From Octopus bimaculoides (taxonomy: Eukaryota), in the NCBI RefSeq assembly GCF_001194135.2, contig NC_068981.1:113300222-113364221 (forward strand): 64,000 nt of DNA, given 5' to 3'. A program made the translations under genes and the position numbers. This document shows positions 23,141 to 36,190 of the stretch, piece by piece (the first letter of the stretch is position 1; every line of letters starts with the position of its first letter). The notes under the pieces are model-generated. The model had not been told where the DNA came from. It was given only the letters and a program-made list of their open reading frames with translations, and did not search any database.

Positions 23141-25023
23141 ACAACTAGGCAAGACTTGACAAGGACATTTAATTTGATTTAATTTAATCTAATTTAGCTA
23201 CATAATGAATAGTAAAAAAATAGTCTCTGACAGCTGTTTCTGGGATATCGAGGACTCTCTAAGTTGTGTATTTCGTTATTGCAGAGATATAGGTTATAGA
23301 TACAGTGGAAGAAAGTTCCTCATCAATGATATTTGTTGTGGTTCATTATGTCTAAGAGAGTGGAGGGGTCCAATTAGATCCAGTTAGATTTGTATATATT
23401 TATTTTATTCTTTAGGTAAATCCATGGTCAGTAAGCATGGTTATGTAGTGCACCATTGTGAGAGCAAAGAAAAGAATGGTTATGCAGTACTCCATAGTGA
23501 GGGAAAATGAATGCTAGCAGTTCTAAAGTTGTTCAAATACTAAGAGGTGGAATAAATAATACATTCTGGTGAGATATAGATAAGTAAGAGCTTTGTACTA
23601 GATATATACTATTCAGTATAGTGAGGGTCCAGAGAAATTGGTGTGAGAAAGTTAGGTAGATAAATAGATAAGGACATTGTAGTAGATATATACTAATCAG
23701 TATAGTGAGGGGTATTTTTGTCTAGGGAAATTAGAGGGAGGGAGTGCAAGGACTAGTAAAGGGCATTCTTATCCAAAGAAATTAGTGGGTGGGGAAAAAT
23801 GTAAAGACAGACAGATAAGGGAAAAAAGTGAAATAAAGCAGATGCCAGACCTACAAGGCTAGGTATCAATGAGGGTGGTGTAGGTAATAAAGTGGATGTA
23901 AAAAAGATAATAGACATCATCTTTAGTAGGTGATCAAATTTTACTGGAGGGGAGATCTAGGGTTGTCTAGCCATTAAAAATGCTAGAAATAGATGCCAAT
24001 TAGCAAACAGAAGATTTCAGATTTGCGGACTAAAAACAAAGGCTAGACATAATGTTTTAAAAATATAAATTTTTAAAATAAATAAATAAATAACCAGCTA
24101 GAGGAGGCTTCCTCTTGGGGTTAAAAATGGTAGTAATGTTAGTTTATATGGAACAGCCATATTGAAGTCGTAACAAACATTACTTCTCAGGATAGTTATT
24201 GCTTTCATCTCACAGAGATTTTCTAACTAGCTACTTTGCTTAAATAAATAAAAATAATTTCAAAAATAATTAAATTAAAAATAACGTTAGAATTAAACTT
24301 AAAAATAAGAAACGAGTGTCTTATATAGTATATATATGTATAGAGTGTTTGAAGTGGTGTACAGATATTGTAAATTGAGAAAAAGGAGGCAGTCAGAATA
24401 TTGGATAATCCTTTATTAGTGCTTTCATTTGTTTTACGAATTCATCAAGACAAAATCAAAATGGTGAAAACAGAATATTACTCATTTATGTGAATCAGAT
24501 GCTTTTTTGCTTTGTTTAGAAGAGGAGAAAGTTGTTTTTGTTTTTTTTGGAAAAAGGGAGAGAGAGAGAATGTGTATGTGAAAGGGGTATATCCATATAT
24601 ATATATATGAATAGAGCTGTGCATGTGTAGGTCAATCTCTGTCTGTCTCCATCAATTTTTTCTGTGTGTATGTAGTACTTATATGTAGGTATGTGGACCT
24701 ACATGTGTATATGTGTGTGTATATATGTAAATGTATATATACACACATAGATATATATGTGTGTGTGTATGAGTGTGTGTGTGCATGTATATTTATCTCT
24801 GCACTGTGTGTGTGACTGTGTTTCTTCATGCATTTTTTCAATGCATGTGCATGTGTATATATACATATATTTTTTTTCTACTTTTTCTGCTTGTAAATCT
24901 AATTGCCTTTTAATCATAATTTTTTTTATACACATCAGCATTGACTTTCTCATTAGTAATACTTTCCCTGTATATTGCATAAATGTAATTCTTTTCCTCA
25001 AATAAATTGCACTTCATATTCAA

Positions 25024-25104
25024 GGCTCTGATGAAGCTATAGAATATTATTCAGGCACTCAATTAAGAGTCCACAGCATCTTATAGTAGAAACAGCTGTA
25101 AACT
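25024..25104 (+). ncRNA. Type-I hammerhead-ribozyme motif with intact catalytic core
   Basis: ggct CTGATGA a GCTATAG...TTATAGT a GAAA CAGCTG TA aact; palindromic stem III; homologous copy at 1143-1268. Confidence 0.68.
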
Positions 25105-25249
25105 AATGAAGTTCATAACACAACCATTGTTTTTTCTGTGTCATCTAATACTCATCTAACACCTTGTTCTAATACATACATATATTGAGTTCTATGCCAA
25201 ATTATATATATATATATACAAATTCCCACACTTGAATTTTATAATCACA

Positions 25250-25719
25250 TATACTAGGAGGTTCCCAAAGTAAGTAGAAACATTCTCTGCGGAACAAGCC
25301 TGTTGTAGTTCAGGCTTCCCCCACTAGAAGTCACTTGATGTGACCCTCAGGCAGTAGACTGCCAACCAGTGGCATCAGATTAAGTTGTACTGCCATATGG
25401 TGCATCATTGTTTTGCAGTGCTTCTCCCTGTTTGTCAGTTTTTGTGTGCTTGCATGAAATCGTTTTTTCTACTTGGGAAAACAGCAGCTGAAACAGTTGT
25501 CATGCTTCAAACAACTTACAAGGATGCTGCCAAGAGCAAAGCACATATTTATGAGTGGTTTTCCTACTTTAGGAATGGTCACTTGTTGCTTGAAGATCAA
25601 CTTCATTCAGGGTGACAGTTGACCTCCCAAACGAACGGAAACATCATGAAAATTCGTGAATGTGGAAGACCGTCACTGAACAATTGATGAACTTGTGTGT
25701 CCTGCAACTCCTACCAATA
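25250..25719 (+). mobile_element. Mariner 5' fragment (DNA-binding domain)
   Basis: LGKTAAETVVML...IYEWFSYFRNG...LEDQLHSG HTH; ends at an N gap. Confidence 0.75.
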
Positions 25720-25957
25720 NNNNNNNNNNNNNNNNNNNNNNNAGTCACTGCCAGTCAGCAGGATACTCCACATGTGTGTGTATTTGTATTGGATTATAAT
25801 TTAGATTATATAACTAATAATCATTCATTTTTAATGAAACATATGTAAGATAATGTAATTAAATGTTTTATAAACAATTTCTCCTCTTGTTTTGTTTGAT
25901 ATATATATATATATATATATATATGCATACATACATGCTGTATGTCTAAATACACAG

Positions 25958-26218
25958 CAACTTGAAGATTTCCTATTAGCCCGACTGTCTGCTGCAGAGG
26001 GAAATTTCCTTGGAGACTATACTCTTGTTGAGAATTTAGAGACAACAAAGTCCACTGCAGCTGAGATTGAAACAAAAGTTGCTGAAGCAAAGATTACTGA
26101 GAAAGAAATCAATGATGCCAGAGAGAATTACAGACCAGCAGCCTGCAGAGCATCTTTGATTTACTTTCTCTTGGGTGATCTCAATAAAATTCATCCTATG
26201 TACCAGTTTTCTCTGAAG
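25958..26218 (+). CDS. DNAH9/11/17-like: Axonemal outer-arm dynein heavy chain, internal exon A (87 codons, [20 protein letters not shown]...YQFSLK; strut/buttress region)
   Basis: AG acceptor 25956-57, GTAAGA donor 26219. Translation matches the recalled DNAH17-type motif [20 protein letters not shown]...YQFSLK. Confidence 0.95.
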
Positions 26219-26595
26219 GTAAGACCCAATATATGTTGAAAATAAAAATAAAAATAACATATAAATAGTGCATAAATGTGATATGGCTGTGAGAATACTA
26301 TATGTATGCTTTATGTTTGTATGTTCTATTTTGTCCAAAATGTGAAATCATTCACTTTTCAATTGTGATATAATCAACAAAAATTGAATTGTCAAAGCAA
26401 TACATAATATATAACCTATAACTAAATTTCTTTAAAGCAATCTGAACAAGTTGGATAAGGTGTTTTCACTCTCAGCATTATATATTAAGGAGATGTTGGC
26501 TGAATCTCAATCAAACCTTCAGTAGATTTTCAAATATTTTTATTTAAAATATATGTTGATGCAAGAAATGGATTAAGTCACTAATATACCCAGAT

Positions 26596-29500
26596 TTAAC
26601 CCTTTAGTGTTTAAACTGGCTATATCTGGCCCAAATATTTTATCTCTTTTATGTTCAAACCAGTCAGTCCAGCCTCTCACACCTACCCTACAATGTCATT
26701 ATACCAAGAAACAATCACATCATTGAAATCTTGAAGCTATGAGATACAATATGGTTAATGTGGTGTTACGACGACCCTGATGACTCCAGGAGTGGTAGAG
26801 ATGTGGAGTGGAGAAAGCAGTGTGAGAGGTACGCTGTGAAGGCATTACAGACGTGCAGATTGAGTTGCAGGGAACAAAGCTGACGCTGCAAGCAATTGTA
26901 GTTGGCAACTTGGTGGATGAGATTGACGTGGTGATGGGAATGGATGCACTCACCCGTTTAGGAGGTGTTACTGTCAACAAGGCCAGTGTGACTTTCGGGT
27001 TCGTGGGGAAACTGTGTATGGCGACACCGTGCATTGGTGAGAACCACGAAGAAAACTATGCCGCGCACACCATTGAAGACCAGGATTTTCGTACCGTCTT
27101 CGATGGCCAGAGGTGGACAGTGGAGTGGCACTGGAGGGGAGAGCCCCCAACGTTAAAAAATAAAGTGGGCTGCTACCAGCATACTTTGAAAGGAGATGCC
27201 AGAAGCGAGTTTGAGGGGGAGGTGGAGCGGTGGATTAAGGAGGGCATATTGATCCCTTGGGAAGAAGAAGTAGAGAGCGGAGTCCTGCCACTGATGGCAG
27301 TGGTATAGCCCGCAAAGCATAAGGTCAGATCAGTGCTTGAATGACCACATATCATGTTGTACGGGCGGTGAGGCCACAGATGTCTGCGTGGACACCTTGC
27401 GAGAATGGAGGCAGATGACAGGGGGCCTCCACGATCGTCGATTTGAAGTCGGCATACCTGCAGGTGCATGTGGCTGAGAGACTGTGGAAGCATCAGTTTG
27501 TCAGGTATAAGGGCTGGACATACTATCTGACCAGGCTGGGGTTTGGGCTAGATTCAGCGCCAAAAATTATGGCAACAATTCTCAAGGCCATCCTGGGAAA
27601 GGTAGACAGAGTAAAAAGGGCCACCAATTCGTACATCGATGACATCCTTGCGGATGAAACCATAATGCCAGCAACAGAGGTCATAGGCCACCTGAAAAAT
27701 TTCGGACTGGTCGCCAAGCCATCAGAGGCCATGGAGGGAGGCGCTGCACTGGACCTCAGGCTACGGAGAGAAAAGGCTGGCACGTTGGTGTTTCAGTGAG
27801 GGAACGAGATCCTCGAACTGGGTACCAGCGTGAGTAGACAGGAACTGTTTTTGGTGTGTGGGAATCTGGTGGGACACTACCCGGTTGCAGGATGGCTCCA
27901 GACAGCATGTAGCTTCATCAAGAGACGAGTCGAAGGAGCAAAGTGGAATGACAGAGTGGGGGAGAAAACGACCGACATGATGCAGGAAGTCTTGGTCAGA
28001 GTGAGAGCAGAGGATCCAGTGAGGGGCAGTTGGTATGTTCCCAAATCAAAGAGCGGGATTGTTTGGTGTGATGCCAGTAGCATCGTTATAGGGATTGTCT
28101 TAGAAATGGGAGGCACTGTGGTGGAAGATGCAGCCTGGCTCAGGAAGATGGATGACTGAAACCATATCAATGTGGCGGAGTTGGATGCCGTGCTGAAGGG
28201 GCTGAACCTGGCCTTGAAGTGGGGGCTGCGCACCATCAAAATTAGGACCGATTTGTCCACTGTGCTTGGTTGGGTGATGGCAGTCATCACCAATGAGTGG
28301 AGGGTGTGAACCAAAGGGGCTGCGGAGATGTTGGTAAAGCGTCGATTGGGAATATTGCGTGAGCTAACCACTGAGTTTGATCTGAAGCTGAGCGTGATTT
28401 TTGTGCCTTCCGAAAAGAACAGGGCAGACGTCCTAACCAGGGTAAAGCGAGCCTGGTTGCAGGTGCCAGAGGATGCAGTGCAGTATGCTGTCTGAGTGAC
28501 TCGGAGCTGAGGAGACTANNNNNNNNNNNNNNNNNNNNNNNNNNNNNNNNNNNNNNNNNNNNNNNNNNNNNNNNNNNNNNNNNNNNNNNNNNNNNNNNNN
28601 NNNNNNNNNNNNNNNNNNNNNNNNNNNNNNNNNNNNNNNNNNNNNNNNNNNNNNNNNNNNNNNNNNNNNNNNNNNNNNNNNNNNNNNNNNNNNNNNNNNN
28701 NNNNNNNNNNNNNNNNNNNNNNNNNNNNNNNNNNNNNNNCGTGGAAGTATTAAATGAGATATTCCTGGAATGAGGGACCGTGGATGAGCTGCTGCTGGAT
28801 AATGGCACTGCATTTCGCTTGGAGGTACTGAAAGAAATGCTTGATGGGTGGCAGGTCAGCTGCTTCTTCAGGGCGGCATACTAGCCAAGTGGAAATGGAG
28901 TGGTGGAGAGGCATCATCGTACCATCAAGACCATGGCAGAGAGGGGCCACATTTCGCCAATCGAGGCCATATTTTGGTACAATATGTCGTCCAGGTCAGG
29001 ACAGGCTGAGGAGTCGGTGCCACACAGGGCAATATTCAGGTACAAGTGGAGGCATCCGTGTATTGCATCAAATCGACTCGAGGGAGAGGAAGAGCACACC
29101 TTTGTGCAGGTCAGGAAAGAAGTTTGGGTAAAACCCCAAATGCACGGTGTACATCACAATGGGGAAAAGGAACTATAACCTCCATCAATTCGAAGAACAA
29201 CGTCTCTGTCAATGGTATGCCACGCCATGTTTTGGATGTGCGGAAGATTGTCAATGCCTCAGAGGATGGAACCAACAGCAGTGGGCAAGATGATGAAGAC
29301 AGCAGCAGTAGGCAAGATGATGAAGCCAGCGGCAGCGCGCCAGGAGCTCAGGCCAGTCCCGGGGTCGCACAGCGACCACAGAGGGAGTGGCACCCTCCTC
29401 CCTGGTTGGCTGATTTTGAAACCAATTAAGGTAGTCAAGGAGCGAGGAGTGAGTGGGAAAGCCGGTTGAGTGATCTGTAGATCAGTGGGGGGGGGCATGT

Positions 29501-29860
29501 GGTGTTACATGTGGTGTTATGGGCTGTGATGAGCTATATGTTGTTGGTGGAGAGAGATGAAGCAAACGGAATTGAAGACAGACTGGAAGGGCCAGACCGG
29601 AAGGGCCAGACTGGAAGTCGGCCACACGCGGTGGACAGCGAGCACGTGGGATCAGTTCGAAGACAGATGGCTTACAGAGAAGACGTGTTTTGATCTGGAG
29701 CGATTGTTTACTCCGCCATGGTCGACAAGGTAAGGTCCCAGTGTTTCATTCTCCCTTATGCTTCTTGTTGTCTTTTTCCTCCATCACACCTCAGTTAATT
29801 TAAAACAATTAAAATAAATAAGCATTATATTTAAGAGTAATCTGGATGCTAAAGAGTTAA
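26596..29860. mobile_element. piggyBac-like MITE (TTAA flanks) split by an LTR insertion
   Basis: TTAA-CCCTTTAG at 26596 and CTAAAGAG-TTAA ending at 29860; ~230 bp after removing the insert. Confidence 0.55.
26759..29793 (+). mobile_element. Ty3/gypsy-type LTR retrotransposon, decayed pol (PR-RT-RH-INT), 5' LTR and gag deleted
   Basis: 5-bp TSD GTTAA on both sides; TG...CA ends; G-rich PPT before the 3' LTR at ~29498; DVVMGMD, SYIDDIL, WCDASS, HINVAELDA, DNGTAF, GVVERHHRTIK. Confidence 0.9.
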
Positions 29861-30928
29861 ACAAGGAGGTGTAAACTCATGACACACTGTGATCCATTTT
29901 GTCCCCTCTTATGTATACTTTTTATATTTGCATGTTGAAATACTGATATTCAAACCTAGATTAATCAATAATAAATTTCATTTACAACAATATTGTTCTC
30001 TTCACTCAGATGTTATAGACATAAGCTGATGAATATAAGTACTCATAGTAATAGTGTTATAATAAGGATGACTACATGGATGTAGTAGTTACTATAAAAA
30101 GTATGGCAGTAGCTAAACATAGGCTGTGAGGATGGTTGCAATAGAATGATAGTGGTAACTAAAAAAAGACAGTGCAGCAGTAGCAAGATAGTAACTACTA
30201 TTTACTCCTCTTTTAATGATCCTGTCTTTATGAAGTTTTCTTATTCATTGTTAATAGATAAATTTTATCACTTCTTTTAATCAAGGGTGACTTAACAATG
30301 GGTAATGACAATTGACTTTGAGTGAATGAGTACTGAGATGGGAGCAAGATGTACATATTTTGCCTTTCTCAAGAGCACTAACAATGTAAATGTAATGAAA
30401 TAGTTACAATTGAAGTCAGGTCTGTTTACTTAGAGCTTACTTTCATCTTGATGGTGCTCACTATCTTTAACTCACAAATGTTGTAGTATCAACCGGCACC
30501 CAGTTTCAAACTATTGATGTCAGTCAGAAATTGATACGATAAAAAGTAAGATAAATGAAATGTTCCAACAGAAATAGGACCAGCAAGACAGATATTGTAA
30601 AGAAGGTATACAGGAATAATCCATTTTCTCAACTCCAAAGAAATGAAGTCCAGTTTGGTTTCAAAACAGAAGGCATTGAACTAGACACTGACAAGCATTT
30701 AATCTTGTGGTGTACTATTGCCACCACATTAGAGCTAACAAGCATTGGTTTCTCTAGAACAAGGCTACAGATTTATAGAGAAGGGAAAAACTAATTAAAT
30801 CAACCTAATATTTAACCCATACAGAACTAAGTACTAAAAGTTGGTTTGTTATTCTATTAATTTTTCTGGTAAACTTAACAAAGTAATGCCATCTATTCAT
30901 TATTCATCAAATAGGGACAACCAGGCCA

Positions 30929-31658
30929 AATATTGGACCTTTTCTGTTTGGCTGCCACTTTTCAATTCCTTAAATTTTTGTTTCAATTGGTTTCATATTT
31001 GGTGTGATGTAGTTTTGTAGAGTAATCATTGACAGGAAATTCATTTTCACCATAAATCAATAAATAAAAAGTTAATAGCTTTTAAAGTTTACAAATTTTG
31101 GGTAATCTTAGCCAATCAAAGCTACAGACAAAGCTATAGTAACAAACCAAGCTGCTTAACACATGTTCTTTTTGTTGCTTATTTAATTCTTAAAACACAT
31201 TTGGTATAAGATGATCATGGAATGTGCTAAAAATCACAGCTATTTTTTTTTGGGNNNNNNNNNNNNNNNNNNNNNNNNNNNGGGGGGGGGGTGCATAATC
31301 ATATGAATTCTCATGTGTAGAATACAAATTCGCAAAACTTTTCTGAAAATTCCAAAAAATAAAGTTATGAGGGGTTATATGGTGTGCATAAAGCAGAATT
31401 CCACCAATATTTCATTCGTTTACAGTTAACAACACATGCTGTCATGCACAAAATGACAGCTTCCAAATCCTGTTTTCTGGCTGGGTAAAAATGATCAAAC
31501 TTTAAACTTCTGTAACTCTTTAAAAAAAAATTTCTGGAAAAAGTGAATTATCTCCTGAAATTCAATGCAGAAAATTACATCAATACACCAAATTTCAAAA
31601 TTTTCAGTAAACTTTAAAATTTCCACAGGTGCAGCCAAACAGAAAAGGTCCCAAATAT
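30929..31658. mobile_element. MITE-like element with ~30-bp inverted repeats
   Basis: ggaccttttctgtttggctgc (~30935) and gcagccaaacagaaaaggtcc (~31631). Confidence 0.55.
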
Positions 31659-31941
31659 CTGCAAAACATGCAACTCAAAACCTCACTAAGTGACCAGAGC
31701 TGTCCTCTGAGGATATAGGCAGACTCTGTCATAGTCATTGGATTATTTCCCATTAAAGCATTGATCAACTACCCACAGTAGATTCCATTCTCATTAAGAG
31801 ATTTCAATAGGTGTGTGTTAAAATAATTAGTTAGCTAACATATCAAACCTGTTACTCTCACTTTAAAAGTTTAATGATGCACAAAACATATAAAGGAATA
31901 AGGAATTAAAGAATTAAAGTAAAACATGTTTCATTTTTCAG

Positions 31942-32112
31942 GCATTCAGTACAGTATTTGAAAAGGCTATAGAACAAGCTGAGCTCGCTGAAGATGTTTC
32001 TGGACGAGTTGTAAACCTGATAGATAAGATAACATATTCTGTGTATCAATACACCACAAGGGGATTGTTTGAAAGAGACAAGTTGATTTTCACTTCCCAA
32101 TTAACTTTCCAG
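31942..32112 (+). CDS. DNAH9/11/17-like: Dynein heavy chain exon B (57 codons, AFSTVFEKAI...TRGLFERDKLIFTSQLTFQ)
   Basis: tttttcag acceptor, GTATGA donor, phase 0/0, conserved RGLFERDKLIF; continues exon A in frame. Confidence 0.95.
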
Positions 32113-32381
32113 GTATGACACATACTGTTTCTTACTCTTGAGTTATTTTCTTTTTCTGTCAACTTTTCATTCTTTGACTGATGTTCTGGCTTTCACCATC
32201 CTATTGTTTTTTTTTTTAATATAATATATGCAGAATTGTATTATCCAATGTATCTTTCCATTTTTAGACAGTATACAATCTATTCAGTACAACAATACCA
32301 CCAAGTCAGTTGGTCATTGGGGATGGGGCAATGAGTCAGGCACATAGACAGACAAACAGATAATACTGTTATATTAGTATA

Positions 32382-34624
32382 CTAGCTGAATGACCTGGCA
32401 TTGCCTGGGTTACAGCTGTTCTTATTCAGATTAATAAACAATAAATATGAAGATGTTTTTTTTCATCATTATTTCAAAATATCTATATTTTATTTAAAAA
32501 ATATCCAAATTGTAATGATAATAGAACTTAGAAATGAAAATCTGTCAATCTTGAAGCACCTCAGAGTAAACAATATTCATTGGTGTCCAAATGAATAAAT
32601 TGTTGCTGCTTCCAACTCGTGAGCATGCAACATAGAGTTAGCCATAGGAGAAACATGTAGTAGAGAGATCAAGTCCAACTACCTTGAGGGATTGACCCTG
32701 AGATTTGTTAATTGAAATACCAAAACTTAGTTTGACTGGAAACTGAAGCTTCTTAAATTCAAATGGAACATCTGTAGGCATGAAAGGAATTTTTGGAATA
32801 AAGACATTTTCTCCTTTGTGACTACCAGCTATGATTGTTGCCTCTAAAACATGGGGCATCATGGAAGTAACAATTAAGCGAGTTCCATTACACAGGTGGG
32901 TAAAGATTCCTAAGCAACATAATGGGAGCACCCAGCTTTAGTGCCAAGTTATGCAGTGGCATCCCAGTGGGTTTAAGTGTGTTGAGAAATTCAACAGGGT
33001 ATTGAACAGCCTGATCTTGATTGACTGTTGTGTGAATTGATCGAAAAGTCATTTCTGATGTATCTGTTAACTTTTGAAGATGTTCATGATTGTGTTTATC
33101 AACCATTTCATCAGTTAGAGCCAGTATAGCTCTTTCACATCTACACATACATATGTTTATATAAGTGTCTGTGTGTGTGTTTGTGTGTTCATTACATACT
33201 TTAGACCTCAGGCAATTAAACATACACACACACATACACAGTGTAATTGACAATCATACATTCACTCACACACACATACACTCTCACATACATATACTAA
33301 GACAGGTGCACACCTCAGGGTAAACAATATTCATTATATACTTGTCAGTCATCACATATGTATATGTATGTGTAGATAAAGTGTTATATTGTTTTAATCC
33401 AAATGAAAATAAAAATTATCACACATACACTCACACACATATACACACTCACATATACTAGGACAGACACATAGACATACATTCATTCACACCTCAAGGT
33501 AAACAATATTCATTATATACTTGTCAGTCATCACATATGAATATGTATGTGTAGATGTTTGTGAGCCAATTCTAGATCTCTGCAGGACGGCACTCTCTTT
33601 CTCTTTCTCTGTCTGTCTGTCTCTCTCTCTGAATATCTAACGCTTTAATTGTATCTCGCTTTGTATAACGGTCTATCTCTCTCCGTCTGTGTGTCTCTCT
33701 CTCTCTTTAGATGTGTGTGTGTGTATCAGTCGTCACAAAAATGTATGTATAATCACACACATACACTCTCACACATATACTTGTCGGTCATCACATGTGT
33801 ATGTGTGTGTGTATGTTTAATTGTCTGAGGTCTAAAGTATGTAATGAACACACAAACACACACACAGACACGTACACACTTATATAAACATATGTATGTG
33901 TAGATGTGTGTATGTGTTTAATTCTCTGAGGCCTAACATACATAAGGAACACGCAAAAGAATCTAACATTTTAATTGTATCTCTCACTCTCTATAACGGC
34001 CTATCTCTCTCCCTTTGTATGTGTGTGTCTCTTTCTCTTTAGATGTGTGTGTGTGTGTGTATGTGTGTGGTCACAAAAATGTATGTATACTCACACACAC
34101 ATACATTCTCACATATACTCACACACATATACTTGTCAGTCATCACATATGTATATGTATGTGTAGGTGTGTGTGTTTAATTCTCTGAGGCCTAACATAC
34201 GTAATGAATACGCAAACACACACACACACACTCACAGACACATACACACTCATATACTCATATATATATACATATGTATATGTATGTGTAGACGTGTATG
34301 TGTAGATGTGTATGTGTATTTAATTCTCTGAGGCTTAATATATCGAACATGCAAAAACACACAGACTCACAGATACATACACACCCATATACAAAATGTG
34401 ATGTCATTGTGGTATGAAATATCCTTTACTATAGTTGGCTACAGAAAGATTATTTAGATAAAATGTTACATTGTTTGAATTCAAATGAAAATAAAAATTA
34501 CATGTTGACACTTGCGAGGTCTAATACTATTGCCTTGTAAAATTTGATTTGATTTGGTCAAGCTGTTTGAGAATGCATAGAAAACAGACAGACAGAGAGA
34601 CAAAGAATATTTTATATATATAGA
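32382..34624 (-). mobile_element. Non-autonomous Helitron with both termini, a PIF1 helicase fragment and a microsatellite-rich body
   Basis: 5' TCTATATATATAAAA...ctgtctgtctgt; 3' acccaggcaatgccaggtcattcagCTAG|T; YPVEFLN, LCNGTRL, SINKSQGQSL (32620-33130). Confidence 0.85.
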
Positions 34625-34899
34625 CATGTGGCAGTGTATACAAGTGTGTCATTATACATACAGAGAGAGATGTAGACAGAATAGAAATTCATATTTTTGT
34701 TCTAATCTCTTTAAAGATAGTGTTGAGAAATGTGTCTATGTGCATATATGCATACACACACACACACACACATACACACACACACACACACACATACACA
34801 TACATACATACATACATACATACATACATACATACATACATACATACATACATAGGGAGAGAGAGGGAGACGGTTTCACAAAAATTATTACATTGTTAC

Positions 34900-35250
34900 T
34901 TTATCCAGGGTAAAGTGTAAAGACCCCCTTCAGTCATGAATGACCATGAGATTGCACCTAGAAAGTTACCCTCCAAGGCACAAGTCTGGGCAAGATTGTT
35001 TATGGAAGACCAGCAGTCACCCATGCATACCAACCTCCTCTCTATGCCACCAATGTTATCCAAGGGAAAGGCAAAGGCCAATACAGCTTGGCACCAGTGA
35101 TGTTGCAACTCATTTCTATAGCTGAGTGAACTGGAACAATATGAAATAAAGTGTCTTGCTCAAGAGCACAATACACAGCCCAGTCTGGGAACCAAACTCA
35201 TTACCTCATGATTGTGAGCCTGACACTCTAACTACTGAACCATACACCTT
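34900..35250 (-). mobile_element. tRNA-derived SINE (family B) with CORE/Meta-like central segment
   Basis: Head ggtgtatggttcagtagttagag...gagtttggttccc, followed by tgtgctcttgagcaagacactttat. Confidence 0.6.
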
Positions 35251-35329
35251 TATTTCAACACAGTAGAGCAATGTTTAAAGATTTGGTTTCAGGTCATAAC
35301 ATTTGAGCAACTGCATTGAGACTCAATCT

Positions 35330-36190
35330 TGTAACACTCTCACAAATATCCTCATACAAGAGATAACATTATAGCAACACAACTTAACTTTTATCAGATC
35401 ATGTACCAATTATCATCACAGTACACTGACACATAAAAGAATAGGGCAAACATCACTTTCACAAACTTCAAAAAACAAAGTCAGTATTTTCAGAATCCAA
35501 GAACACCTCACTCACTAACATAAACATTCGACAAAATAATTATACACACATTCAATATGAATAAATGCAATCTCAATTGCACATCACAAATAACCCACCT
35601 TATAAAGACCAGATACAACTTCAAACAAACACATAACAGAAATTTAAATCAGCATCAAACAACTAAACAGGAAAATAAATGACAAAAACAATAGAGAAAT
35701 TTTTAAACTGGTAACATTTTTATCCAAAATAAACCACAGATCAAACATTACATAGGTATATAGAATAATTAGCATCATTAACAACAAAGGTGTCCTATAT
35801 ACCTTACGTTAGATTAACAATTTTAAATATGTCTTCAAAAATCATTTAACAAAATCCACACCAAATAATAGAGCATGATTTTGACTCCTTCCGTCTATCA
35901 AACACCCAATAAACAATAGGTAAATCTAATAACTCAAAACCTCAGGGCATGATAAAATCACAAACTATCCCTGGAAACACTTAAGCTTTGAAAGAATCAC
36001 TACACTCACCAACATCTACAACTATTTATACCACACAGCAAAATTCCAAACTACATGCTGGCTAAAATCACGGCAAAACATCATACTGATCCATCAACCT
36101 CTCAATAGTGCGAGAAAGGTCATCAGTAGCCCACATATCCTCCTCTCTAAATCATATATATTCAGACTTTTACTCTCAAACCACCACACT
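35330..36190 (+). mobile_element. Highly decayed LINE (I/Jockey-like) region upstream of RT
   Basis: KTSGHDKITN..KHL...LTNIYN...NIILIH resembles the KAPG.D.I...LKHL pre-RT motif; A/C-rich strand bias. Confidence 0.45.

Noticed and set aside
25892-26239. ORF-track start and stop for the dynein-containing ORFs (also 41669 and 47137)
   Set aside because: Extensions run into introns; splice-site boundaries were used instead.
30487-30538. Minus-strand CTGACTGA...GAAACTGG...CCGGTT hammerhead look-alike
   Set aside because: Extra core base, unpaired stem II and displaced stem I.
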